DNA of 64,000 nt, from NCBI GenBank assembly GCA_041695225.1, contig JBGFRI010000038.1, positions 24,307-88,306 on the forward strand. Direction: 5' to 3'. The translations under genes were made by a program, and so were the position numbers. Of the stretch, positions 24,993-35,105 are shown one piece after another (the first letter of the stretch is position 1; each line of letters begins with the position of its first letter). This stretch comes from Deinococcota bacterium (lineage in GTDB: Bacteria > Deinococcota > Deinococci > Deinococcales > Thermaceae). Below the pieces are notes generated by a model. It ran no database searches and was not told where the DNA came from. It worked only from the letters and a program-made list of their open reading frames with translations.

Positions 24993-25068
24993 GGGCGACT
25001 AACTCAGCTGGTAGAGTGTATCCCTTACAAGGATAAAGTCGGGGGTTCGAGTCCCTCGTCGCCCACCA
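24993..25068 (+). tRNA. tRNA-Val(UAC)
   Basis: GGGCGAC acceptor stem, anticodon loop CTTACAA, GTTCGAGTC, CCA end; 76 nt. Confidence 0.97.
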
Positions 25069-25122
25069 AGTTCCGCGTAACCCACATTACGCCCAGGTGA
25101 CACAAAAAGTTCGTCGGCGCGC

Positions 25123-26469
25123 TTATTTCTGGCCCAGCAGTTGCCGATAGAGGTCTGCATAGGCGCGCGCAGGCTTTTCCCACGAGAAGTCGGCCCTCAT
25201 GGCGTTTTTGGCGACAGTCTGGCGGTTGGGGTGCTTGAGGAATTCGCTCACGCCGTGCAATACCCCCCCAGCATCCATGGCATCGAAGGTGAAGCCGGTC
25301 TCCCAGTGCTTCACGGTGTCCAAAAGGCCGCCGACCGCCCGCACAATTGGGGGGGTTCCGTACCTCATGGCAATGAGCTGGGCCAGCCCGCAGGGCTCAA
25401 AGCGCGAGGGCATCAAGAAACCATCGCTACCAGCGTAAATGCGATGGGCCAAGGCTTCGTGATAGCCCTGCACGTAAGCCATTCGGCCCGGGAGATGTGC
25501 GGCCATCCAGGAAAAGCTGCGCTCGAGGTTGGGCTCTCCGCTGCCCAGCACCATCAGGTTTACACCCATGCTCATCAGACCATCCATCGCATCGGCAATC
25601 AGGTCTATGCCCTTCTGGTGGGCAAAGCGCGAGACCACCCCCAGGGTGGGCCGGTCTTCGAGGGCAAACTCGGTCAGCAGCTCGGCGCGGTTGCCCGCTT
25701 TTCCCGAGAGGTCGCTGGCATGGTAGTGGTGTTTTAGATACCTGTCGGTGGCCGGGTTCCAGTACTGGGTGTCCAGACCATTCAAGATGCCCCGTAGTTT
25801 CCACTGCTGCGCCCGCAATACACCATCGAGACCCTCGCCGCCTTCTGGAGTAGTAATCTCCCATGCATACCGGGGCGAGACAGTAGTCACGGCATCGGCA
25901 TTGACGATCCCAGCTTTCATCAGGTTGACCAGCCCATTGTGCTCGAGGCCCGCCCCATAATAGGTCTCTCCGGACAGCCGCGTCCAGGCATAAAAATCCT
26001 GCGAGCCCCAGACGCCCTGGTAGGCCAGATTGTGGATGGTATAGACCGTGCGGGCCCTGAACCAGCCTGAGTTTCGCAATACCGGCAGCAAGGCCGCCTG
26101 CCAGTCGTGGGCATGCACAATCTCGAAATCGCTCAGCAGTTCTGCAGTAGCCATGGCAAAGCGCACAAAGCGGCGGAAGTCGTCGGGGTAGCCGTAGGGT
26201 TTGTCGCGGGCAAACTCCCCCAGCCCCACCAGCACATAGCGCATACCCCTGTGCTCGGCGTGGCCAATCCCAATTTTCTCGCGGCTGCCCTCGAAATTGA
26301 ACCAGGCTTCGCCCACGTAATAACCCGGGATGCCCCAGTACCAGGGCAGAAAGATGGTGGGTTCCAGACCGTGAGCCCTGAGCGCGAAGGGTAGGCTACC
26401 CACCACATCGGCCAGGCCACCCACTTTGGCAAAAGGAAAGGCTTCGGAGGCAACTACAGCGAGTTTCAT
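25123..26469 (-). CDS. glgA: Glycogen synthase
   Basis: KVGGLADV, HAHDWQ, TIHNLAYQG and PSRFEPCGL. Confidence 0.97.
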   Translation of the reverse strand: MKLAVVASEAFPFAKVGGLADVVGSLPFALRAHGLEPTIFLPWYWGIPGYYVGEAWFNFEGSREKIGIGHAEHRGMRYVLVGLGEFARDKPYGYPDDFRRFVRFAMATAELLSDFEIVHAHDWQAALLPVLRNSGWFRARTVYTIHNLAYQGVWGSQDFYAWTRLSGETYYGAGLEHNGLVNLMKAGIVNADAVTTVSPRYAWEITTPEGGEGLDGVLRAQQWKLRGILNGLDTQYWNPATDRYLKHHYHASDLSGKAGNRAELLTEFALEDRPTLGVVSRFAHQKGIDLIADAMDGLMSMGVNLMVLGSGEPNLERSFSWMAAHLPGRMAYVQGYHEALAHRIYAGSDGFLMPSRFEPCGLAQLIAMRYGTPPIVRAVGGLLDTVKHWETGFTFDAMDAGGVLHGVSEFLKHPNRQTVAKNAMRADFSWEKPARAYADLYRQLLGQK

Positions 26470-26484
26470 AGGCGCACCAGCAGT

Positions 26485-27000
26485 CTACTCCTTTGGCTGC
26501 ATATGTTCACGCCAGACGCCATCCGGCAGCCAGACACCAGAGGCCCTCTGCACACTTTGCAGGCTGGGATAAGTGTAGACCCAGGCCAGGCAGGCCTCAT
26601 CTGCCCGATTAGAAAGGTATGCAGTGGCTGGTCTTCGCAGGTATTCGCGGCCCTCGTCCTCGAGCCCATCCAGTATGTCCAGCGCCTGGTTAAGGTCGGC
26701 AAACCACTGCACCTCGCCCCAGACCCGGCCCTGCTGGCCGGCTGGACTGGCCATCACCACCGCCGGATAGCCGTAGGGCAGCCGCCCGCGCCGGGAAATG
26801 TAAAATAGCTGAAAACCCTCGATGTAGGCTGGCTCCGAGCGAACCCACCCCGCCTGCTTCGTGACCGCAAAATTGCGCTCCCCTTGCTTCAGGGTACCGT
26901 ACACAAAGATCGCCCCGGGAAGCTCCGTCACGCCCATCAGAATACCGTCTATCCTCGGCCCAAAATCTGTTCGTACCAGCCAGTTCAAGGTAGGTAGCAT
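26485..27000 (-). CDS. Gamma-glutamylcyclotransferase family protein
   Basis: FVYGTLK, YPA, VWGEV, LDGLE and AWVY. Confidence 0.85.
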   Translation of the reverse strand: MLPTLNWLVRTDFGPRIDGILMGVTELPGAIFVYGTLKQGERNFAVTKQAGWVRSEPAYIEGFQLFYISRRGRLPYGYPAVVMASPAGQQGRVWGEVQWFADLNQALDILDGLEDEGREYLRRPATAYLSNRADEACLAWVYTYPSLQSVQRASGVWLPDGVWREHMQPKE

Positions 27001-27152
27001 TCACTGTCTGGGCCGGCCTTTACCCCTGCCCCACTCCCGGAGGGCAACGGCTTCCAATCTGGCAGAAAGATGTATTGCGCAAGAAGCAGTTTCTGAAACT
27101 GGCTGCTGAACAGACCCTTTGCAGAGTGGCCCAGCGTCCAAAGAACCAGCGT

Positions 27153-27842
27153 TTACCGCCCCAACAACAGCACCACCACCGGGTGCTCGGTATCGGGCAG
27201 CGAGAGTAGCTTGCACACGGCCTCGTCGTAAAAGGTTGCCGCTGGATAGGCCTGAAGCCCCAGGGCGGTGGCTGCAACCATCACCTCGCCCACCGCATAA
27301 CCCACCTCGAGCAGGGCGTACCGGAAACCACGCAGACCAAACACTGCTTCGGAGCGCTCAGGTACCGTATTAAAAACCACCAGGGCGGCAGCGGTCTCTA
27401 CCGCTTCCAGTCCCATCAGGGCCAATTTCCAGCTTTTGCCATTGAACTGGGCCGAGAGTTGTTCTAGCTGATGCTGTTTTGCCGCGTAGTGGTAGACGCC
27501 CTGAAAGGTGTCTTGCAAGTGCTGCACAGCCAGGTAGACCTCGAGGGGGTACGCACCCCCCGCCGAAGGATAGCCCCGCCCACCCCGGCGCACCGCAAGT
27601 GGGGCCAGCACCTGTGAAAGCTCGGCCAGGGTGATGGAGGAGCCCACTTTGGGAGTGGTGGGCGCAAGCCGGGAAAGCACCCGCCAGACCGCCGGGCCGC
27701 CCTGTCGTACCGGCTCGGCTAGTTCCACCGACTCCAGCGGGTTGGCATATACTTTGGCGGCTGGTGCCCGACCGCCCGGAAGCTGGTCCCCGGGGAAGAT
27801 ACGGGTCAGACGGTAAAAAGCCTTGCCGGGATGCTTGTCCAT
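27153..27842 (-). CDS. SagB/ThcOx-type nitroreductase family protein
   Basis: RGYPSAGGAYPLEVY, GVYHY and RYALLEVG. Confidence 0.85.
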   Translation of the reverse strand: MDKHPGKAFYRLTRIFPGDQLPGGRAPAAKVYANPLESVELAEPVRQGGPAVWRVLSRLAPTTPKVGSSITLAELSQVLAPLAVRRGGRGYPSAGGAYPLEVYLAVQHLQDTFQGVYHYAAKQHQLEQLSAQFNGKSWKLALMGLEAVETAAALVVFNTVPERSEAVFGLRGFRYALLEVGYAVGEVMVAATALGLQAYPAATFYDEAVCKLLSLPDTEHPVVVLLLGR

Positions 27843-27911
27843 AAATGTCGATAGCTTATAGCCGATAGTCTATAGCCAAACCTCTTTAGGCTAAAGGCTA
27901 TCAGCAACTGG

Positions 27912-29153
27912 CTAGAATCTGTAGCTCTTGGGCACCACCACAATGCCCTCGGGCGTGACGGTGAAGCCCCTGGCCCGGTCGGCCTCGAGGTCGTAGCCAA
28001 TCTCGGCGTGCGGGGGAATGCTGACATTCTTGTCTACGATGGTGTTGCGTAGCTTGGCGTAACGCCCCACCTCAACCTCGTCAAACAGGATGCTGCGCTC
28101 GACCAGGGCGTAGGAATTGACACGACACCGACGGAAGACCACCGACTCGCGCAAAGTTCCGCCCGAGATGATGCAGCCCCCGGCGAGCAGGCTGTTAAAG
28201 GCCTGCCCGGTGCGGGCGCCGGCCTCGTGGACAAACTTGGCCGGCGGGGAGTTGAAATTAGCAGCCCTCAGCGGCCAGTCGGGGTTGTAGAGGTCAAACT
28301 CCGGAGTGACCTGTATCAGGTCCATGCTGGCCTCGAAGTAAGCGTCAATGGTTCCTACATCGCGCCAGTAGGTGTTGGGAACGCGCTGGCCAGGGATAGG
28401 GTTGCGTTTGAAGTCGTAGACCTGGATGCGGTACCCTTCGCTTAGAGCACGGGGAATCACATCCTTGCCAAAGTCGTGCGAGGAATTGGGGTCCTTGGCA
28501 TCGTGCTCGAGCTTCTCCACCAGGGCCTCGGTACGAAAAAGATAGTTACCCATCGAGACCAGGGCCAGGTCAGATTTACCGGGGATGGGGGTGGGGTTTT
28601 TTGGCTTTTCCTGAAAGCCCACCATGCGCCACTGCTCATCTACCTGAAGCACCCCAAAGCGGCTGGCCTGTTCGATGGGCACCGGGTAGGCTGCAATGGT
28701 CATATCGGCGCGGGTATCGGAGTGGTAGTCCATCATGTGGGCGATATTCATCTTGAAGATGTGGTCGCCTCCAAAAATCGCCACACTATCTGGTTTGTGA
28801 TTACCAATTAAGTGCAGGTTCTGGTAGATGGCATCCGCAGTGCCGCGATACCAGACCGGCCCTAGCTCCTCGTAGCGGTACATCTGGGCAGGAACCAGCA
28901 GAATAAAAGCGTCCTCCAGAAAGCCGCCAAAGCGCCAGTGCCGCTGCACATGCTCGGTAAGGGACTGGGCTTTGAACTGGGTAAGCACATAAATGCCAAA
29001 GATGCCCGAGTTCAGGAAGTTGTTAAGCACAAAATCTACTATGCGGTAACGCGCCCCAAATGGCACCGAAGGTTTGGCGCGCTTGGCCGTTAGGGGGAAT
29101 AACCTGGAACCCTGGCCCCCCGCGAGAATCATTCCAAGAACTCGCATTGACAT
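27912..29153 (-). CDS. glgC: Glucose-1-phosphate adenylyltransferase
   Basis: [37 protein letters not shown] and YWRDVGT. Confidence 0.97.
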   Translation of the reverse strand: MSMRVLGMILAGGQGSRLFPLTAKRAKPSVPFGARYRIVDFVLNNFLNSGIFGIYVLTQFKAQSLTEHVQRHWRFGGFLEDAFILLVPAQMYRYEELGPVWYRGTADAIYQNLHLIGNHKPDSVAIFGGDHIFKMNIAHMMDYHSDTRADMTIAAYPVPIEQASRFGVLQVDEQWRMVGFQEKPKNPTPIPGKSDLALVSMGNYLFRTEALVEKLEHDAKDPNSSHDFGKDVIPRALSEGYRIQVYDFKRNPIPGQRVPNTYWRDVGTIDAYFEASMDLIQVTPEFDLYNPDWPLRAANFNSPPAKFVHEAGARTGQAFNSLLAGGCIISGGTLRESVVFRRCRVNSYALVERSILFDEVEVGRYAKLRNTIVDKNVSIPPHAEIGYDLEADRARGFTVTPEGIVVVPKSYRF

Positions 29154-29194
29154 GACGACGCTGCCTCCTTTGTTACAGCATAACAGGCTTGGGG

Positions 29195-29590
29195 TCTAGC
29201 CGAAAGCCTGAAGCTGAAGGCCGATAGCTGATAGCTGATGGTCAATAGTCGATAGTCGATAGCTGATAGCCAAATAGTCGATAGTCGATAGTCGATAGCC
29301 CATAGTCAATAGCTGGTGGCCAAAAGCGAGACAAAAACAATGTCTTACTTTCGCTTTAGAGCTTGACCCACCCCGCCATACGGTAAAACGCGCGCCTAGA
29401 TGAGCATTGCTGATGGCCGATAGCTAATAGCCGATAGCGGGTCAGCCTCAGTGTTTTAGGCTGTAACCTACCTCGCCATAGGGTAAAACACATGCCTCGA
29501 CGAGCATTTGACTTGCGACATGCAACCTGAGACCTGTGACCTGAGACCTGCGACTTTTGACCTTCGACCTGAGACTGTGACCTGTGACCT
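29195..29590. repeat. Heptamer tandem arrays (TAGTCGA/TAGCTGA and ACCTGTG/ACCTGAG)
   Basis: Blocks at about 29195-29320, 29405-29440 and 29510-29590. Confidence 0.85.
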
Positions 29591-29646
29591 GGTCCCGGTC
29601 TTCACCCAGACTCCCTGCCACCCGGCTGTGGGTATACTTTTCCAGC

Positions 29647-31809
29647 ATGAAGCTTTCATACCAGGACCTGGAGTGGCGCACTTTTGCCGACGATTCCGCG
29701 GATATTGTGGCATTCCCGCTGGCGCCCCCTTTTTTTGGTCAGGAGCGGGCCAGAGCAGCTTTGGAGCTAGCCATTCAGGGTGGGTTCCACGCCTATCTGG
29801 TGGGGCCTTCGAGCCTGGGCAAGCATGAGGCGTTGCTGGCTTATCTGGGCACTCAGTCGGTTGAAACCCCGCCGGACCTGCTCTACGTGCCCCTGTCGGA
29901 GCGCAGGGTGGCGGTGCTTACCCTGCCCAGCGGGCAGGAAACCCATCTGGCCGATGCGGTAGAGAACCTGCTTCTGGAGGTCAGTCGTCTGGACGAGTTG
30001 TTTCGTCAGACCTCTTTCTTGCGGGAAAAAACCCAGCTCGAGGCCCGTTTCAAAGACTTCCGCGACCAGCAGCTGGCCTCGCTACAGCAAGAAGCCCGGG
30101 AAGCCGGGTTCGCTTTGTCCATCAATGGGGATCGGCCAGAGTTTACTGGCCCCGGCCCGGTTCCCGCCGAACTAACTGCCAGGCTGGAAGAGGTCACCCT
30201 GGGAAGCCTGGCCGCCGCCGCCGAACTCGAGGTCTCGCTAAGGCGGCTACGCCGCGACTGGGCCATGCACTACCTCAATAACCGGGTTGAGCCCTTGTTT
30301 CAGCGTTTTCCCCAGGCCCGCCCCTACCTCGAGGCCCTGCGGGGCCGTCTGGCCCGCTATGCCGAAACCGGCGAACCCCTCGACCCCGCGCAGTGGCGGC
30401 CCAATCTGCTAACCTCTTCCAGCAGCGGCAAACCGCCCCCCATCGTGTATGAGCCCTACGCTACCGCTCCCCGTCTGTTTGGACGGCTGGATTACGTGGT
30501 TGACCGGGGGGTGTGGAGCACCAATGCCAGCCTGATCCGCCCGGGGGCCATCCACCGCGCCCAGGGCGGCTATCTAATTCTGGATGCCCTGAGCCTTAAA
30601 CGCGAGGGAACCTGGGAGCCTTTTAAACGTGCGCTGCGCAATGGGCAGGTCGAACCCGTAACCGAGCCTCAGGCGCCGGCCAGCCTCGAGGTCGAACCCT
30701 TCCCCATCCAGATCCAGGTCATGCTGGTGGGAACCCACGAAGCCTTCGAGTGGCTCGAGGAAGACCCAGCTTTCAACGAGCTATTTCGCATCCGGGTGGA
30801 GTTCTCCCCCACCCTACCCGCAACCCCGGACAACCTGTTGGCGCTGGGTGGGTGGCTTCAGGCCCAGGGTTTCCAGCTTACCCACGGTGGCCTGATCCGG
30901 CTCTTCGACGAGGCCCGACGCAGCATCGAACAGCGCAACCGCATGGATGCCCGCCTGGTGGAGACCCGGGCCCTGGCCGAGGAAGCCTCGGTGCTGGGCA
31001 ACGGGGTCCTCTCGGCCCAGGCAGTGACCGAGGCCATTCAGGCCCGCGATTACCGGGGTTTACAGTCCGAGGAAGACTTTTTGCGGGCCGTGCAGGAGGG
31101 GGTCGTCAGTCTCAGGGTCACTGGTCAGGGGGTGGGCGAGGTCAATAGCCTGGTGGTGGTCGAGTCCCCTCCCTACTGGGGGCGCCCCGCTCGCCTGACC
31201 GCCCGGGCTGCCCCCGGCCGTGACCACCTGATCTCTATAGACCGGGAGGCGGGCCTGGGAGGGCAGATCTTCCACAAGGCGGTGCTGACCCTGGCCGGTT
31301 ATCTTCGCAGCCGGTATATCGAGAGCGGCTCACTACCCGCCACCATCAGCCTGGCCTTTGAACAAAGCTACGTCTCCATGGATGGCGATTCGGCAGGGCT
31401 GGCCGAGCTGGTCGCCGTACTCTCGGCCATCGGCAACTTTCCCCTCCGGCAAGACCTGGCGGTGACGGGCGCGGTGGACCAGACCGGCAAAGTGCTAACG
31501 GTGGGGGCCATCAATGCCAAGGTCGAGGGGTTTTTCCGGGTCTGCAAGGTGCTGGGCCTCAGCGGAGCCCAGGGCGTGGTGCTACCCAAAGCCAATATCT
31601 CCAGCCTGACCCTGCGGGCCGAGGTACTCGAGGCTATCCGGGATGGTCAGTTTCACCTCTACGCGGTCGAAACGGTAGAACAGGCCCTGGAACTGCTCAC
31701 CGGCGCCCGTGTAGATGGCTTCCGGGGCTTACAAGACAAGATCAGGGCCGGGCTGGAAATGTTTGCCAAGCTGGAAGATGATCGCGACAAAGACGATAAA
31801 GCAACTTAG
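29647..31809 (+). CDS. lonC: LonC-type Lon-like protease
   Basis: FFGQERA, degenerate Walker A GPSSLGKH, HRAQGGYL, and the Ser-Lys dyad region DGDSA...AINAKVEGF. Confidence 0.85.
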   Translation: MKLSYQDLEWRTFADDSADIVAFPLAPPFFGQERARAALELAIQGGFHAYLVGPSSLGKHEALLAYLGTQSVETPPDLLYVPLSERRVAVLTLPSGQETHLADAVENLLLEVSRLDELFRQTSFLREKTQLEARFKDFRDQQLASLQQEAREAGFALSINGDRPEFTGPGPVPAELTARLEEVTLGSLAAAAELEVSLRRLRRDWAMHYLNNRVEPLFQRFPQARPYLEALRGRLARYAETGEPLDPAQWRPNLLTSSSSGKPPPIVYEPYATAPRLFGRLDYVVDRGVWSTNASLIRPGAIHRAQGGYLILDALSLKREGTWEPFKRALRNGQVEPVTEPQAPASLEVEPFPIQIQVMLVGTHEAFEWLEEDPAFNELFRIRVEFSPTLPATPDNLLALGGWLQAQGFQLTHGGLIRLFDEARRSIEQRNRMDARLVETRALAEEASVLGNGVLSAQAVTEAIQARDYRGLQSEEDFLRAVQEGVVSLRVTGQGVGEVNSLVVVESPPYWGRPARLTARAAPGRDHLISIDREAGLGGQIFHKAVLTLAGYLRSRYIESGSLPATISLAFEQSYVSMDGDSAGLAELVAVLSAIGNFPLRQDLAVTGAVDQTGKVLTVGAINAKVEGFFRVCKVLGLSGAQGVVLPKANISSLTLRAEVLEAIRDGQFHLYAVETVEQALELLTGARVDGFRGLQDKIRAGLEMFAKLEDDRDKDDKAT

Positions 31810-31824
31810 ATTCACCATGGTAGG

Positions 31825-31970
31825 GAGGTCGCAGGTTACAGGTCGCAGGTCGCAGGTCTAGGGTCGCAAGTCCCAAGTCTCAGGTCTCAGGTCCTAAAGC
31901 TATCAGCTATTGACTATGGGCTATCGACTATTGACTATCAACTATTGACTATTGGCTATGCGCTATCAGC
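31825..31970. repeat. Heptamer tandem arrays
   Basis: AGGTCGC and CTATTGA/CTATCGA units. Confidence 0.8.
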
Positions 31971-31979
31971 CACGTATCT

Positions 31980-33017
31980 TTGGCGTATCATGCGATTGTG
32001 CGCTGCTGGGTAGTCGGGTTGGTTCTACTGGGAAGTCTGGCCCTGGCCCAGGACGCCCAGACCTTTGCCCTGCGGCTCGAGCAAGCCTGGAGGCTGGTCA
32101 AGGAGCGCTACTACGACACCAGCTTCAATGGCGTGAACTGGGAGGCCGTGGGCAATACCTACCGGCTCAAGCTGGGCCAGGTAAGAGACTGGGATGAGCT
32201 GTATCGTCTGCTCGACGATATGTACGGCGAGCTGCGCGATGACCACTCGAGGGTTCTGAGCCCTGCTCAGGCACAGCGTTACCTGAGCGGGACGCAGTGT
32301 TTTGCTCTACCCTTCCGGGATCAGGAACTGCTTCCCGCGGTTACCCTGCCCGCACCTGCCGGCCCAGGCCCTCCCGGTACCGCCCCAACCCGGCCAGTAA
32401 GCCCAGTCCCAGCACCCGCCCAGCCTACCCGGCCACCCTACCAGGCTGCCGAGGTACGTTTTACCGATGGGGTGGTGATTGTTCGGCTGAGCAACCTGGT
32501 AGACGTAGCGGGCCTGCGCGTGTTGCAGGACGCCATCCGCCGCTACGACGCCAGGGCCCGGGGCTATGTGCTAGACCTGCGCGGCAACCCCGGCGGGCTG
32601 GTGCTGCGCATGGCCGAGGTGGCCGGGGTCTTCATGCGGGGCGTACCCTGGCGCATTGTCAGCCGGGGCATTGGGGCCATTCCGGTACCAACTATTCCGT
32701 TCTTCGGACGCCCCCAGACCCAAAAACCGCTGGTAGTGCTGATTGATGGCAGTGTGCACTCGGCCGCCGAGGGACTGGCGGGCGCACTCAAAAACGCTAA
32801 CCGGGCCTTTGTTATCGGCACCCGTAGCGCAGGCAACACCGAAGCCCTTACCCCCTACTGCTTCCCCGACGGCGGTGTTGCGCTGGTTGCTGGCGGGGTG
32901 CTGGCCCCTTTCTTTGGGCCTACCTGGGAGGGGCGCGGGGTTGAGCCCGACCTGGTCGAAAGAGACCCCCACGAACAGCTCGAGGCCGCCCTGCGCCACA
33001 TTCTGCGCCAGCGGTAG
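31980..33017 (+). CDS. Exported S41 family peptidase lacking a PDZ domain
   Basis: Signal peptide (ALA-Q), W..V...YYD..FNGVNW, L.D.HS, LDLRGNPGG, SAAE and GRGVEPD. Confidence 0.8.
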   Translation: MAYHAIVRCWVVGLVLLGSLALAQDAQTFALRLEQAWRLVKERYYDTSFNGVNWEAVGNTYRLKLGQVRDWDELYRLLDDMYGELRDDHSRVLSPAQAQRYLSGTQCFALPFRDQELLPAVTLPAPAGPGPPGTAPTRPVSPVPAPAQPTRPPYQAAEVRFTDGVVIVRLSNLVDVAGLRVLQDAIRRYDARARGYVLDLRGNPGGLVLRMAEVAGVFMRGVPWRIVSRGIGAIPVPTIPFFGRPQTQKPLVVLIDGSVHSAAEGLAGALKNANRAFVIGTRSAGNTEALTPYCFPDGGVALVAGGVLAPFFGPTWEGRGVEPDLVERDPHEQLEAALRHILRQR

Positions 33018-33159
33018 CGACTACTCGCCATCAGTAAGTCTCGGGCCTGAGCTAGAGAGAATTCTGAAGTTACCTGGACACCCACCCTCCTGAGGAGAAT
33101 GTTCAATGAGGACCCTAGCTGAGAGGGCGGCACTCTGGGCCCCCTATCCCAAAGACAGC

Positions 33160-33325
33160 GGTCGAAGGTCTAAAGACCAAGGTCGAAGGCCGAAACGCGA
33201 GAGCGCCGCAGACCTTCGACCTTAAACCTTGGACATTCGACGAGCAGTCGAAGGCCAGAACTCGAGACCGTCGCAGACCTTAGACCTTAGACTTTCGACC
33301 TTAGACCTTCGACCATAGACCTACG
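33160..33325. repeat. Heptamer arrays in inverted arrangement
   Basis: GGTCGAA-type runs followed by TTCGACC/TTAGACC runs. Confidence 0.8.
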
Positions 33326-33429
33326 AAGATAGGAGCACTGCGCTCAATACAATTTGGGTTAAGCCATGACCACAAGATGACACCTTCCAGTTTTACTGGG
33401 TTAGGGTGCGCCCCAGGGGGTTGATCACA

Positions 33430-34755
33430 ATGCTAAAGAAACTGCTGACAGTGATGTTGCTGGCTCTGCTGATGAGCCTGTTCATCAGCGCCAATGCCCA
33501 GCGGGTGCGGGTAGAGTTCTGGCACGGCCTGGGCGGGCCGCTAGGCCAGTTGCTCGAGGCCATCACCGACGACTTCAACCGCTCGCAAGACCGTTTCTAT
33601 GTCAATGCCACCTTCCGCGGAAGCTATCCCGAGACCATGGTTGCGGCCATTGCCGCTTTCCGGGCCGGGAATGCCCCCCACATCGTGCAGATGTTCGAGG
33701 TCGGCACGGCCACCATGATGCACGCGGGCGGGGCCATTGTGCCGGTCTACCAGCTTTTCGCCCGCACCGGGGTTCCCTTCGACCCCAACGTCTTCCTTCC
33801 CGCGGTGCGCAGCTACTACAGCATGGCCGACGGGCGACTGATGTCGCTCCCGTTCAACAGCTCTACCGCCATCATGTGGTACAACCGCGACGCCTTCCGC
33901 GCTGCCGGCCTGAACCCCGACCAGCCACCGCGCACCTGGGCCGAGCTACGCGCAGCTTCCAGGCAGATTGTAGCCAGGGGCGCCGCCCGCTGCGGTTTTT
34001 CCACAGCCTGGCCCACCTGGACCCAGTTCGAACAGTTTAGCGCCATTCACAACGTACCCCTGGCCACCCGCGCCAACGGGATGGAGGGTCTGGATGCCCG
34101 GCTGCAGATCAACAGCCCACTACATGTGCGGCATCTGCAGATGCTAATGGATATGCAAAGAGAAGGCTCGTTCACCTGGGGTGGGCGTGACAGCGCCGCC
34201 GATGCCCTGTTTGTCAATGGAACCTGCGCTATCCTGCACGGTTCTTCGGCGCTCTTGGGCCGGGTGCGGGCCGAGGCCACCTTCAGCTGGGGTGTGGCCT
34301 ACCTGCCCCACCACGACGATGTCAGGGGCGCTCCAATCAACTCCATTATCGGCGGGGCCAGCTTCTGGGTGATGACCGCCCCTGGCCGCACCGAGCAGGA
34401 GTACCGCGCCGTGGCCGAGTTCTTCCGCTTTGTCAGCCGCCCCGAAATTGCCCGCCGCTGGCATACCGGGACCGGCTTTCTGCCCATTCGCATGGACGTT
34501 TTCAACGAGCTTTCCGCGGCTGGTTTTTACCGGGACAATCCGGGGCGCGACCTGCCCCTTCGCCAGCTAACCCGCACCGAGCCGACCGTGAACTCTCGCG
34601 GCCTGCGCCTGGGTAATATGCCCGAAATCCGCAACATCATTCAAGAAGAGGTAGAAAACGCCCTTCAAGGTCGCCAGACCGCCCAGCAGGCGCTGGACAA
34701 TGCGGTGCGGCGAGGCAATGCAGTGCTGGCGGCGTTTGAGCGCGCCCACCGATAG
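33430..34755 (+). CDS. ugpB: sn-glycerol-3-phosphate ABC transporter substrate-binding protein
   Basis: FWH, GSYPETM, APHIVQMFEVGTATM, PFNSST and NSIIGGASFWV. Confidence 0.92.
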   Translation: MLKKLLTVMLLALLMSLFISANAQRVRVEFWHGLGGPLGQLLEAITDDFNRSQDRFYVNATFRGSYPETMVAAIAAFRAGNAPHIVQMFEVGTATMMHAGGAIVPVYQLFARTGVPFDPNVFLPAVRSYYSMADGRLMSLPFNSSTAIMWYNRDAFRAAGLNPDQPPRTWAELRAASRQIVARGAARCGFSTAWPTWTQFEQFSAIHNVPLATRANGMEGLDARLQINSPLHVRHLQMLMDMQREGSFTWGGRDSAADALFVNGTCAILHGSSALLGRVRAEATFSWGVAYLPHHDDVRGAPINSIIGGASFWVMTAPGRTEQEYRAVAEFFRFVSRPEIARRWHTGTGFLPIRMDVFNELSAAGFYRDNPGRDLPLRQLTRTEPTVNSRGLRLGNMPEIRNIIQEEVENALQGRQTAQQALDNAVRRGNAVLAAFERAHR

Positions 34756-34991
34756 AAGACCTCGGGCCTAAGTACCTGCGGGTTGGTCTGTACAGATGAG
34801 CCCAGACCAGATTCAAACGCAACTATGCCTTTTCTCCTGGTCTAAGCATCACACTTTGTCGAACCCACTGCCAGGGGGTGGTTGCCGGAGGAAACTCTAG
34901 CAGCCACCACTTTGGCACATAGACCAAAGGCTCGCAAATGGTCTTTATCGGAGAGGGCCTGCTAGTTATGGGCATCACATGGCATTACCGC

Positions 34992-35080
34992 ATGGAGTAG
35001 GTGAATCAGGGGTAGGAGATTAAACTGTCCAGCCTATGGAGTAGGTGAATCAGGGGTAGGAGATTAAACTGCCAGTCTAT
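34992..35080 (+). repeat. 44-bp tandem duplication
   Basis: ATGGAGTAGGTGAATCAGGGGTAGGAGATTAAACTG at 34992 and again at 35036. Confidence 0.9.
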
Positions 35081-35105
35081 ACTGCTGCCCAGTCAAAACA
35101 AACTT

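Noticed and set aside
27153..27842. SagB-type gene as part of an azole RiPP cluster
   Set aside because: No YcaO, precursor or transporter; it sits among glycogen genes.
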